64,000 nt of DNA. It comes from Eledone cirrhosa. Its lineage: Eukaryota. Position 1 is the first letter of the stretch, and the number at the start of each line of letters is the position of its first letter. The notes under the pieces are model-generated. The model was not told the origin of the DNA. It searched no databases and saw only the letters and a program-made list of their open reading frames with translations. The stretch spans positions 312,480,001 to 312,544,000 of the forward strand of contig OZ024740.1 in the NCBI GenBank assembly GCA_964016885.1. Reading direction: 5' to 3'. A program made the position numbers and the translations under genes. Below are positions 51,323 to 64,000 of the stretch, piece after piece.

Positions 51323-53175
51323 ATATATATATATAGGGTTTACACATAGAAAGTATAGCTAGAACACACTTGACATAATCTGTCGTGTTGTCTGTTAATA
51401 TAAATTGACAATTTCTATATGATTGTAGTTTTCAAGTATAGTTTTACAACACCATATTTATATATTTGCATTTTTTTTCTTTCAAATATACAATTTCATT
51501 ACCAAATTTGAAATTTGGCACAACTCTGATATTGCTAATCAGTCTTTTGAAATTCTACAAATATGAATTTATCGTTATCGCACTTACGTTTGATGTGTAG
51601 ATAAATAATAATTATCCATTCTTACTGACGTAACGAACCTTTCAGGCGACACATAATCTACATATATCTGTTCATTTTTACATATAATAAATGGTTTGTC
51701 ATTTCATAATGACTATCATTGTTGTTTTGCGCACAATATTTGCATAACTTCATACTTTTATGTGTGTAGGTGCGTGCACACACACACGTAGAGACGCACT
51801 TATTAATTAATGTTTATATACCTCTATAATTCTATGTATACATTATAAATATATTAAATTTTGTAAGTTTTTTTATATACAGAGTATAACAATTAGTATT
51901 TGGAAATTTATCAATGAAATAAACACTTATATTTTCTATCTGTGTATGCAGCTTTAGATAGATACATTGTCATTTATAATTAGTATATGAATGTTTATAA
52001 GAACTGTTAAAAGTTATAAATTATGATTGTATCGGTTACAATGAGAATATCACTGAAAAGACGTGTGTCTAAACTTCCTCAGGAGAATTTGTCTTCGGTG
52101 GGCAGTTGTTTTTAAAAAAACAGTCTTAATAGTTTGTTGTACAAAAAGTATGAATGAGATGAGAGTTTAGTTAGTGAGTGTACCACTACGGTCGCTTGAG
52201 CTGGTCTAAATAACAGCTAAATCTTCTTCAAATCACACACAAAAAAGAAAGAACAGTGAACAAATGTAATCCTAGATACAAAAACTTGGATGGTCATTAC
52301 TGGAATGCTTTTGATCATAGATCTGCTACGATCCTGTCTTGACCCATGGCTAAACAACAACAGTTGAGTGATCACCTTTTCAAAGGTCAGCCAAGAATTA
52401 AGGACATAATGACAGAGAATCCTGCAGGATATTTTGGGACAACCGATAAAAATAGTGTCCATATCAACATTAAAATTAATGACATAACCAATCTAATTTA
52501 CAGGTGGGTATTCACCTGGTCTCTTGTCTTTACTTCAACTTAGACATCGTAACCACCATAAAGAGGTTAGTGGTGGGTGTCTGGCAACTATTATATCTTA
52601 AAACCTAATATTTATTGCAGGAATAATTCAGAACATGTTACAAAGAAATTGAGTCACAATACGTGAAAGTAAACATGATTGGGACTAAATCTACTAGCTG
52701 GGCTACTTATCAAAGAAGTAGCTTTTACTTTCATATTCAACAAATAACTCAATGCAGAAACTCAATGCAGTGTGGCCATTGTAAAACATGGCTGCATAGA
52801 TAATTGGCAGACTGAAGAGGAAACATCTCTAGAAATCTCTTGGATTATTTAACAACATAAATAAATAATTTGATATCCATTTTCCATGTTTGAATGGGTT
52901 AGACAGGTTGTCATATTATGAGGCAATTCAGGCCAGGCGACCATGTTTTGCTCATACAAATCTGTATTTTGGCTTAGTTTCTTCAGCTGGATGCCCTACC
53001 TAGACACGTTACAATGTGAACTGGGTGCTTTTAATCTTGGCTCCGAAACGATCACTTAACAGGGTGGACTGGATGCTTTTTCTTGTATCACCATCATGAC
53101 CACCTTACAGGGTGGACTGGGTGCTTTTTCTTATGTCACCAGCATGACAACTTTATATATATATATATACACATA

Positions 53176-55415
53176 AATTTAGGAAAGCCCTTCAAGATGT
53201 ATATGACGAAAAAGAAGACGATTTAGAGATGTATGACAGATAATAACTGGAATTTCTTACGTGACAACTTGCTGCAGGCTACTGGTGAAACTTGTGGCTG
53301 GAGCAGAGCTCCAACCAGACAGAGAGTGACCTGGTGGTGGAACAGCACAGTAGATAAGACTATTAGAGACAAAAGACTAGCATGGCAGGCTTGGAAAAAG
53401 GGTGGGAGTAGGGAAGAATATACAGCCACTAAGAGAGAAGCTAGACGTCAGGTGTACTTAGCACGCAGAGAGTAGGAGGTTTGTCAATGTTCTGCGACGG
53501 GAAGATCAGAGGCATGCGGTGTTCCACATTGCAAGGCAGTGTGTCGATGCAAATCAGGATGTTGTTGGAGATAAATGTGTCCGGGATGATGCCGGTGTAC
53601 TTAGTGTCACGAATGATCAGAAAAAGGAGGCCTGGAAATGTCATTATGAGAGACTGATGAATGTGGAGAACAAATGGGAGAGAGAGAAATTACCCTTGGT
53701 AGATCCGACAGAGGGACCAGCTATTGAGATTGACGAATATAGGGTCCAAGAGGCGATTAGGGAAATGAAAAATGGTAAGGCTGCCGGACCATCGGGAATA
53801 GTTGCTGAGATGCTGAAGGCATCAGGGGACGTAGGCACTAAACTGGTTGCGCGCATCATCAATCAGGCTATATATGGTGGTGTCATACCCAAAGACTGGT
53901 GCAGCAGTATTCTCATAAATTGCTACAAAGGTAAAGGGGATGCTCTGGAGAGGAGCAATTATAGGGGTATGAAACTGATAGATCAGGTTATGAAAGGATT
54001 TTAGCGCAACTAATTAGAGAAAGGGTCAAACTAGATGAGATGCAGTTTGGTTTTGTGCCTGGGAAGAGTACAACAGATGCCCTCTTCTTGGTGAGACAAT
54101 TGCAAGACAGGTTCTTAGAGAAGAATAAGCCACTATACTTAGCCTTTGTTGACCTAGAGAAGGCCTTTGATAGGGTACCCCGATCTGTCATCTGGTGGTC
54201 CCTAAGGAAGCTAGGTGTTGAGGAATGGCTTGTGAGGACAGTGCAAACTTTGTACAGAGGTACTCTCAGTAAAGTCAGGGTAGGAATGGAGTTTAGTGAG
54301 GAATTCCAGATACAAGTAGGAGTACATCAGGGTTCGGTCCTCAGCCCACTCTTGTTCATTATAGTCCTCCAAGCCATAACAGAGGAGTTTAAGACTGGCT
54401 GTCCATGGGAACTTCTCTATGCTGACGATCTGGTTCTTATAGCAGAATCAGTAGAGGAGCTAGAGAATAAATTCTGGCTATGGAAACAGCAGTTGGAAGC
54501 AAGAGGACTGAGAGTGAATCTAGCTAAGACAAAAGTGTTGATGAGTAGAAAAGAGGACAAAACCCTGATTCCGTCAGGGAAATGGCCATGTTCGATATGC
54601 AGAAAAGGAACTGGCATAAATTCTATAAAATGCACACAATGTAGATCCTGGGTACACAAGAGATGTAGCGGGATAGCAGGCAAACTAACAGGTAGGGAGA
54701 AATATGTATGCAGTAGATGTACAGGGAAATTAGACAGTAGAAGTCACATTGATAGACACATTTTTCAAATGCAGGAGGGCGCTATAGAAGTGGTGGATAG
54801 CTTCCGGTACCTAGGAGATCAGATTAGCATGGGAGGAGGGTGTTCCGAGGCCATAGTATCTAGAATAAGGACGGGTTGGAAGAAGTTTAGGGAGCTGCTT
54901 CCTCTGTTGACGAAGAAGGGTTTCTCCCTGCGTACGAAAGGCCGGTTGTATGATGCCTGTGTGAGGAGTGCGATGCTGCATGGTAGTGAGACATGGGCAG
55001 CAACTGCAGAGGATATGCGACGGCTGGAGAGAAATGAGGCAAGCATGCTCCGTTGGATGTGCAGTGTAAATATGCGTGAACGACCCAGCATAAATGTGTT
55101 GAGTGAGAAACTGTGTCTGAGAGGGATAGAATGTAGTGTACGGGAGAGGAGACTGAGGTGGTATGGACATGTGATGCGCATGGAGGATGACCGATGGGTG
55201 AAGAAGTGCCAGGAAATGCCAGTTGAAGGAAGACGTGGTAGAGGTAGACCACGAAAAACATGGGTGGAGGTGGTGAGAACAGACCTCAGATCATTGAAGC
55301 TCACGGTGGAGATGACGAAGGACCGTGACGAGTGGAGGTATGCTGTGCTGAATAAGACCCGTCCCACCCTTGCAAGCAGGGAAAAGCGGACGTAAAATGA
55401 TGATAATGATGATGA
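53176..55415 (+). mobile_element. RTE-clade LINE, subfamily B, 5'-truncated
   Basis: 451-aa RT ORF 54040..55395 whose stop lies directly before the (TGA)n tail. Confidence 0.95.
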
Positions 55416-57789
55416 CATACACACACGTGTGTGGTGTGTATGTATGTATATATATATATACACACACATACACGCACCAAACACACACACACGTGTGTGT
55501 GTGCTCTATGAGGGGCCCACCAAACCTGAACTGCCCAAGGTCTAAATCTGGTCCTGCATGTATGAAGGGCAATAGCTGATGTATACAGGAAAGACGACTA
55601 CAATAGTTTGGACTTATAATTATCATCCTCCTCATTGTTTATGCCCTTTTCCATGTTGGCATGGGTTGGATGGCTTGTCACGATTTAAGACTAGACAGGT
55701 CAGGGGACCACATTCATATGGTTACAACCACTTCAGAGTGTACTGGGTGCATTTTATCGTGGCACTAATACTATCATTTTACAGAGTTTATCAGGTGCAT
55801 TTTTTTGTGAATGGTTAAATTATGCTGATTAATAAAAAGTGCAGGGTTAATTGTTGTTTAGCTCCAGATCAACACTGATGAAGCAGACCTATAGTTAAAG
55901 GTTTTTCAGCTTTTGACCATCCCATATTTGTGTCTGAACTAAGTGTGTCTATGATTATAGAGATTGAGTTATGAAAAGAGGTTATACTAAGTAGACTTGC
56001 TTTCTTGAGCCTGCCACACCTGTTTCCATTTCAGTCAACACCCAATTCTCTTGACAATTCATAAGCCACCTGGACACCAGACAGATTGACTGGCTAATGT
56101 TAAGACAGCTACATGCAATTCCTATAATATAACTAGTCGATAATTCTGACACTTTCAATAAACACAATAAAGTGGATACTGTGCACTGTGTTCACCAAAT
56201 GGCTCACAACACAACAGTCTATGTAGTTCTAAAGTAAATATAGAATAACATCTAATCTACTTGGTTTGTACGTCAGTTAATTCATTCTATTGATCTGAGC
56301 TATTATTTTCTCCATATCTACATACACACACACACATACTGTCTCTTTCTCTGCATGCTGCAGTCTTTCATTTTGATGACCAGTTCACCATCAATAACAA
56401 GCCAGCATTTTGGTACTATTGGGTTGTTGTTTAATCCTTGAGCAAGCTGACCTATAGTCAAAAGCACTCTAGTCATGACCAGTCCATCTTTTTACAGACG
56501 TATTGTATTTAGAAATACCTTTATCTTATGTGTCATTCCTGGTATTTAAAACCGCAGAAAAATTGACTGCTATTTCTAGCAAGTTGAATGACAACTTCCT
56601 CATTCTCTTGATATTGGGTTTTTGTGTCACCAGGATAACCAATACAAAATAGTTGTAATCATGTAATGAATGTAATTTAGATGAAGTGAATTGTAACTGG
56701 AGAACTTAAACAAATTCATGTGAGAGACCTGATGTAATCAGACAAAAACAAAAATAATGCTCTCTGTTTTATTTGATCCAAAAACATTGTTATTTTTGGA
56801 TATAACAGATTTTAGACAACAAAACATATTGTAATTATTATAAAAAACATCTATCCCAAACAACTCCTGGTTCATCATCAACATTTAATGTCTAATTTTC
56901 CACACTTGCATTGGTTAGACGGGTTATCATGTTATGAGACAATTCAAGTCAGGTGATGATGTTTTGCTCATACAGATCTTTATTGTGGCTTGGTTTCTAC
57001 AGCTGGATGTCCTTCCTAATGGCAACCATGTTACAGTGTGGACTAGGAGCTCTTTACCTTGGCACTAAAATAATCATCTAACAGGGTAGACTGGACTGGG
57101 TGCTTTTTCATCGTGTCACCAGCATGACCACCTTACAGGATGAACTGGGTGCTTTTTTTTGTGTCACCAACATGGCCACCTTGCTGGCAGGATGGACTCT
57201 GTGTTTAGTTATTGTGGCACCATATCACCATACATGGTGGATTTTGTTTTTTTAATTGTTTTAAAGAGTTTGTATTTATCAAAAAAAATTTTCCATCATA
57301 ATTTTATGTACAAACTTAACTTATGTTCCAAATACCAACTTAACCAGAATGTTATATGAGTAAATCTCTTCAAATTCTTGATTGTTTTCAAAAGGAATTG
57401 AAAATTATAGACAGTGTCTTTTATTAGAAATGTGGTAATTAAAGATGAAGCTTCTAATGGTCATCATATGAACATCATGGATGTGGCTTTTTAGTCCTGC
57501 TAGGCACTTGCCCATGGCCAGCAATGTCATGCATCGCAATAAATGTCACATATCAAGCGATGCCTGTGCTTGAAGCTTTTTTAAGTGAGGAAATGCTTTG
57601 CGTGGAGCTAATCCCACTCTGAACATCGAATGCATTTGCCCAAAAAGAACTGGTCTACATCATTGGATGCAAATAAAGTTGCAGGTTTTATATCAGAGTG
57701 ACTGACCTTCTCCTAGAGAGATGTCTTAATGAAACTCGGAGTCTCTCACTCCTCAAAAAAAAAAAAAAAAACTTTATTGGCTGGCCATT

Positions 57790-57965
57790 GGTTCTGCTGA
57801 ATTCCTCTGCCCTTTGCCAGGTTTTGTTTTTCATCCTGCAGGGTGTCCAAATTCACCCTCCTCACCAAGCAAGCTTGGTGGGGTTGCTGGTTTAGTCGCC
57901 GACGACCCGACCATGCACAGGTTGTACTGGGTTACATGTTACCAGTAGCGCTGAAGAGCGACCTG
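57790..57965 (-). mobile_element. Probable RTE (BovB-like) 5' UTR fragment
   Basis: Reverse strand gtcgtcggcgactaaacc...ccccaccaagcttgc...caggatgaaaaacaaaacctggcaaagggc resembles RTE-1/BovB 5' ends (from memory). Confidence 0.45.
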
Positions 57966-58512
57966 ACACATATATATATAGACACACACACACACAAACA
58001 TAAATTTAAATATGTATATATCTAAACAAATACAGTTTTAAAATAAGCAATGTTATTTCGCACACATGATTCTAGAATTCTATAAATTTACACTATATGG
58101 AATGGTCTAAGCACTTGAGACCAAATATAATGTTTATATACATAAGTAACTCTTTCAACCTCCTCTTTGTTTATGTTAGAGTCACTAATATGTTTTGGTT
58201 ATTGGTCTAAGAAACAAGTGCACAGTACCTTGTTATGCTTTCTTAGTTTAGGTGCGAGAGGTAATTGTATAGTATTTAACAATGTATATAATATAAAAAT
58301 ATGTTTGTTGGAAGAAGAGATGTAATGTTTGATTGTAAGTGAATTACTAGTACTGTTATATACTCAAATATAAGCTGGCCCCACTCTTTTATGTCTGAGA
58401 AATGGGCAAAAATCCCAACCTTATTTCATGTAGAATTTGAAGTTGGTGAAAATCGTCAAAATATCGATACTTGAATGCCATCATTTTTCTTTTTTTTTTT
58501 GTCACATAATCC

Positions 58513-60280
58513 CAGGAGAAGTACCTAGCTAAAAGTAAACCTGTATACTTAGCTTTTGTCGACTTGGAGAAAGCCTTCGACAGAGTCCCCCGTTCCATTA
58601 TCTGGTGGGCTCTTAGAAAACTAGGTGTTGACGAATGGCTTGTGAGAGCTATACAAGCCATGTATAAAGAAACAGTCAGCAAGGTTAGAATTAACAACGA
58701 ATATAGTGAAGAGTTTAGCGTAAAAGTTGGCGTCCATCAGGGCTCTGTTCTCAGCCCCCTACTATTTATTATTGCCCTTCAGGCTATAACAGAGGAGTTC
58801 AAGACCGGTTGCCCATGGGAACTCCTATACGCAGATGACCTAACACTCATAGCTGAATCAATGGCCGAGCTAGAGAAGAAATTCCAAACATGGAAGCACG
58901 ACCTAGAATCAAAAGGTCTTAAAATTAACCTGGCTAAGACTAAAGTTCTAGTTTGTAAGAAAGAAAATAAGGCGGCGGTCCCTTCCGGGAAGTGGCCATG
59001 CTCAGTGTGTAGGAAAGGCGTAGGTAGAAACTCCACTTTGTGTCCCAAATGCAAAGTATGGGTGCATAAAAGATGTAGTGGGATCACAGGTAAGCTAACT
59101 AAGAACATAGATTTTACATGTGGCCGGTGCTCTGGTGCAATAAGTAGCAGCAAGTGCCCACAAAATACTAGCTCTTTCAACTGCGCAGAGGGTTCTATAG
59201 AAATAGTGGACAGCTTCCGTTACCTGGGTGACAAAATCAGCAGTGGGGGAGGGTGCTCTGAAAGTACAGTAGCTAGAGTCAGAACTGGATGGAAAAAGTT
59301 CAGAGAGCTTATACCACTATTAGCCGCTAAAGGGTTCTCCCTAAAAATGAAAGGCAGGTTGTATGATGCCTGCATACGAACAGCAATGTTGCATGGCAGT
59401 GAGACCTGGGCATTGTGTGCAGAGGATATACGCAGACTAGAGAGGAACGAAGCTTGCATGCTCCGCTGGATGTGTAATAGTAATATACTTGAATGGCAAA
59501 GCATAAACGAACTAAGGAAAAATTAGAAATAAGAGGGATCAGATGTTGTTTACTCGAGAGAAGGCTACGTTGGTATGGTCACATGATGCGCATGAAAGAC
59601 GATAGCTGTATAACAAAGTGCAGGGCAATAAAGATAGACGGTAGACACGGAATAGGCAGACCCAGAAAAACCTGGGACGAGCTGATAAATTCTGACCTCA
59701 CACACTTACACCTCTCCAAGACAATGTCACTGGACCGAGACCTTTGGCGGTACTCAGTAATAGAGAAGACCCGCCTTACCTAAATACAAAGTAAAACCTA
59801 CTACAGCCAGTAGGCATCTCTAACAAAATACACCCCCGTCCCACCACCCCCACCCCATCCACACCGCCCCTTTCAATGTAAAGTTATGTTGGTGCCACAA
59901 CATCCAGGCCGAAACAAATGAGATCGTGTAGGTGTCACGACAAAAAAACACACAGTCCACGCTGTAATGTGGCCGTGTAGGCAACACGGTAAAAACCTCA
60001 CAGCCCCACACTGTAAATGTGGTTGGTGTTAGGAAGGGCATCCAGCTGTAGAAAACCCGCCAGACAGTCCACGCCGTAATGTGGCCGTGTAGGCAACGCG
60101 GTAAAAACCTCCCAGCCCCACACTGTAAATGTGGTTGGTGTTAGGAAGGGCATCCAGCTGTAGAAAACCTGCCAGATAGTCCTATGCGAGCAAGATAATC
60201 ACTCTTGCTTCAAGTGGGAAAACCCTCGTCCAAACCCATGCAAGCGTGGAACACGGACGTTAAACGTTGATGATGATGAT
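58513..60280 (+). mobile_element. RTE-clade LINE, subfamily A, 5'-truncated
   Basis: 320-aa RT ORF 58564..59526 with frameshifted continuation; 3' UTR and (TGA)n tail. Confidence 0.95.
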
Positions 60281-61243
60281 TCCTCTGCTTATATTCCTGA
60301 ACTGTTGTAAGACTAATTTCAGTATATTATAGGAATTAAAATGTATTTCTAAATATTATAAACTGTTTCTTTTTGGTGTCAAAGCAACAGGTTAACATAA
60401 TCGACATAAAATTAAATATTTTGGAAATTTTGCATTCAGTTCAATAATTTAGTAGTATTCACTAAGCTTCATTAAAATCTGTCATTTATTTTATATTTAC
60501 TATTGAACACTCCAGATAAAACTAACCGTGGTGCACCTTAATGTTCAAATGATCTGATTTAACTCTTTTGGTACCAAATCATCTGAAACAGTTCCTCGTT
60601 CTATAATACAAGATTGTTTATTAAGATTTTGTTTTTATCTAAGAACCTACCATTATAATTTTATGTAAGAACCTATGTTAAGTTATGCTCCAAACAGTAT
60701 CTTAATAATGAGAAAGTTAGTTATATTACTAAATCTCTCCAAATTCGTGATTATTTTTAAAGTTATTTGAAAATCATAGGCAGTGTTTTTCAACAGAAAT
60801 ATAAAAGGGAAAGGGTTAAGACTGGCCTTCAATAAAAGGTGACAAAAGAAAACCTGACAGAAAATTGTAGTAGTTTGAATTGAAAGGGATTATTTGCTGG
60901 AGGTTTACTTTAAATTTGTTTCCATGACCTTTGTTATAGTTATTTGGAAATGGTTCCTATTGTGGTGGATTTGTTTCATAGACTTTTGTTGCTACTGGCA
61001 ACAACACACCATCTGGCAGTATTTGACTTCCTGGAAGTAAAAGTTCTTTTCAGTTTTGGTTTTGTGTGGTTGAGTAGAAAATAACTATACATATTATAAA
61101 TGTAGTAAAAAAACTGATAAGTTTCAAAAAGTTATATATCATGTCCACTGAAAGGGTTCCTCTATCCTTTTGAGTCCCACCCCTTTTTCACATATTCTTT
61201 CAACATGAACCATATGTAATAAAAGACTGATAATTAAAAAAAA

Positions 61244-61592
61244 AACCAGTACAATGCAGTAGAAAAATACAAAGGGCAAATGATGAGAAACAAAATAATG
61301 TTTTACCCAGTGTATTTCAACATGATATTTCAGGGCTATCACCCTCTTTTCAAATGCAGAGCTGAAACAGTTCAAAACAAAACAAAACGGACGATTGATG
61401 TATTCTTCCTTAACTTCCTTACATATCTGTAATATGTATGCATGGAGTCGTTATAGTACTGTGTCTTCCTCATCCATTTCCAATCTAATATTTATCTTTT
61501 TTTTTTTCTGCCGGATGATAATGGTCTTTTTAAATCTTTGTTTTATTTGTCATCATTTGCTCCTTGTATTTTTCTACCGCATTGTACTGGCA
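61244..61592. repeat. MITE-like inverted repeat related to 31607-31825
   Basis: ccagtacaatgc.gtagaaaaatacaa..gcaaatgatga / tcatcatttgc..ttgtatttttctac.gcattgtactgg. Confidence 0.75.
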
Positions 61593-62984
61593 TTTTGAAA
61601 ATTATCGATCTTTTACTACATATCTCACAATACTTCATATTAACTACACTACTCTATAAATGTAGAATTTAAAAAAGTTAAGATCCAAAACTTTTGTTTA
61701 TATCACTTAAGTTGAACAGATAAGTTTAGAATTAGATGGGTAATCAATGAAAGACGTTTGAAACTATCGTGTAATGAAGGAAAAGGATTGAAAGTAACCA
61801 CTGTATCACATTAACCCTTTGGTTACCAACTCAGCCAAAACTAGCTCTGGTTCTATGAAATAAAGACACCCATTTTAAAGGTTTCCTATTTATATTAAAA
61901 TCTTCCAACATAATTTTATATAAGAACCTTGCATTAAGTTACTCTATTGATAATGAAATAATTAATAATTTTAGTAAATCCCTCAAAATTCTTTATTAGT
62001 TAATTATATTTCATTAGAAATGTGGTTATGAAAGGCTTAACAGCCAGTTATTGTGTAGTCCCAAATACCTGCAGATCTATTAGGCCATCCCATTTAATTT
62101 TGGGTAATAATATAGACCAGGCTTCATTATCTAATGTCATTTTTGAAAATAGTAACGTGGATTAGAGGGAGATTTGTTTGCTATTTCTAGCAAGTCAAGC
62201 TAACATATAGGGGCTCCATCATTAGTTCATTTAAATGCTGGTGATTGTAGTTTGTTTGAAACTATAGCTTTCGTCAATCAGTTGAATGGCTTTCTTTTGG
62301 ATATGTGTTCTACAGCAGCACATCTCTTATAGTACTTACTGGAGTTTTGTAGATAATCAGGAAAACGTCAAGACTGAAATAATTGTTTTAGGTTGAAGAA
62401 GAAATCTAGTCTTTGGAACAGGGTTCTAGCAAAGTTATGTGTCTGTGTTTGTGGTTACACTGTGACATCATCAATGATTTTGAGATCTAGCAATTGAAAT
62501 GTCTTGAAGGCTTTGGTTGTATGTTATTCAGGTTTAAAGGGGATATAGTGCAAGGCATTTTTCTTTATATGTCTGTACTGTTGAGTAGCCAAGCTGAAAG
62601 GAAGTGGGTTTGAATGACACTCTTCAAATCCTAGGTTTGCTGGAAAGGACTATCAGTTATGAATTAAGGAGAGGAAAGAATATGGAACTATACTGATAGA
62701 GTGACTGCATGTCCAATATTAGGATCAGTTTCAAGATTGTTTCCTAGATTTGAGTAGTAATTATTCTTTGTGCTGTTGAACAATCCAATGGAGGATGTAT
62801 TTGGGGCTTGTAATATAATCAGTACTCCGGGTTGTTTTGATAACTTATTATCACTGATATAACCATCAGAGGTACTTGTATTCTAACTAACGATACATCT
62901 GAGAGAGTTAACTACAAACAGCAATAGCTAGTATACAGTTCCTTGAGGTGCTCCACTCTCAATTATTTAACTTTAAGAAATTAC

Positions 62985-63170
62985 AACATCTTATCTCACC
63001 GTTGAGACCTCAGGTGTCCTTGGACCTCATACAGATGAGCTCTTCTGTAAAATCGGAATGACAACAGCCCGCCGAAGGAAGGAGCCCTGTAAAGTGGGGT
63101 GGCTGTTGTAGCAGGTGTCGCTGGCCATTGTCCACGGAAATGCCTTTGCAATTTTGTCTGCGGAGCACAG
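62985..63170 (+). mobile_element. CRE-like RLE C-terminal fragment
   Basis: VETSGVLGP...WLL*QVSLAIVHGNAFAIL, the typical CRE C-terminus. Confidence 0.6.
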
Positions 63171-63419
63171 CCAAAACATCACTGTGACCTAGGTGTAGAG
63201 TCTGTCACCGTCTCCTTTCCCCCTCTTCTTTCTTCTGCTGCCTAATAGTCCTTCTCTTTCGCTCCTTTTATAGCATTTATAGTCCTTTCCTATACAGCCA
63301 GATCTGCCCTTCTTTACCCCTTCCCCTATTTTCATTACTTAATTTTGTTTTTATCCTTTTTTAATATTTTCATCATTGTATAACCTTTGTTCAATAATTT
63401 CTTGATTAACTTGACTTCT

Positions 63420-63800
63420 GTCTTTTAGTAAGTTTCATTCCTACATGTTGATGTACACCACTTGAGATCATGTAGCTTGTAGTATATTATCCCACGGTCA
63501 ACTTTGTTGAAAGCTTTCGCTTAGTTCATGTACACCACATCTACATTTGTGTGATTGAGTAGCAGTTTTAACATCTAGTCTTAATGTTGCAGCAGCTGTG
63601 TGAGACAGATTCAATCTGTATAGAAAACCATGTTGTCTATCAATTAGGAAGTCATTTACTTCTACGACCATAATCAGTTAATTTATTCCATGACGTTACT
63701 GATATTTCAGGTCAGAGAGATAAGACTGTAAATTTTAGCATCTGCTTTGCTTCGTTTCTTATGGATATGATACATTTTCTTTTGGGTTTTTTGGCAAGCC
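63420..63800 (-). mobile_element. Decayed CR1-like RT fragment
   Basis: Reverse strand QHGF...CLTQLL...VDVVY...AKAFNKVD. Confidence 0.7.
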
Positions 63801-64000
63801 TACCACTTTATATGAATATATCAGACACATGCTGAGTAGGTATTAGGTATTAATAAAATGAATTATCAATGAAAAGCTCTTATAACTATAAGACTGTACA
63901 AAAAATATTGACTAGAAATATTTACTTACAAATATGTATGTATGTGAATATAAGTATATATATAAAAGAGTTTAGATGAGTTGATAATACAACCATATAA

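Noticed and set aside
54811-55635. Long antisense ORFs over RTE copies
   Set aside because: Shadow frames of the RT coding strand

Overview
AT-rich, microsatellite- and retroelement-dense animal genomic DNA; the repeat content suggests an octopus/cephalopod (inference). One complete protein-coding gene can be assembled by hand: PIGC (GPI-GlcNAc transferase subunit C), minus strand, 7 coding exons, 37110->13835, 284 aa, all GT-AG and in frame. There is also a frameshifted copy of the TMEM104 terminal exon (6407-7165) and a probable first exon plus promoter of an unidentified plus-strand gene at ~49.9 kb. Most of the rest is transposon-derived: three RTE-clade LINE subfamilies with a PHD-type zinc finger inside the reverse transcriptase, CR1, Dong/R4, CRE-like, gypsy and probable L1/Tx1 fragments, two tRNA-derived SINE groups, TTAA-type and pogo-type MITEs, and a tandem trimer of non-autonomous Helitrons. 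The most striking structure is a 2.3-kb near-perfect palindrome in PIGC intron 6. It consists of two head-to-head 3' halves of a Penelope-like element (GIY-YIG endonuclease), each ending in a variant minimal hammerhead ribozyme motif. Most long ORFs in the supplied track are microsatellite or antisense artefacts.
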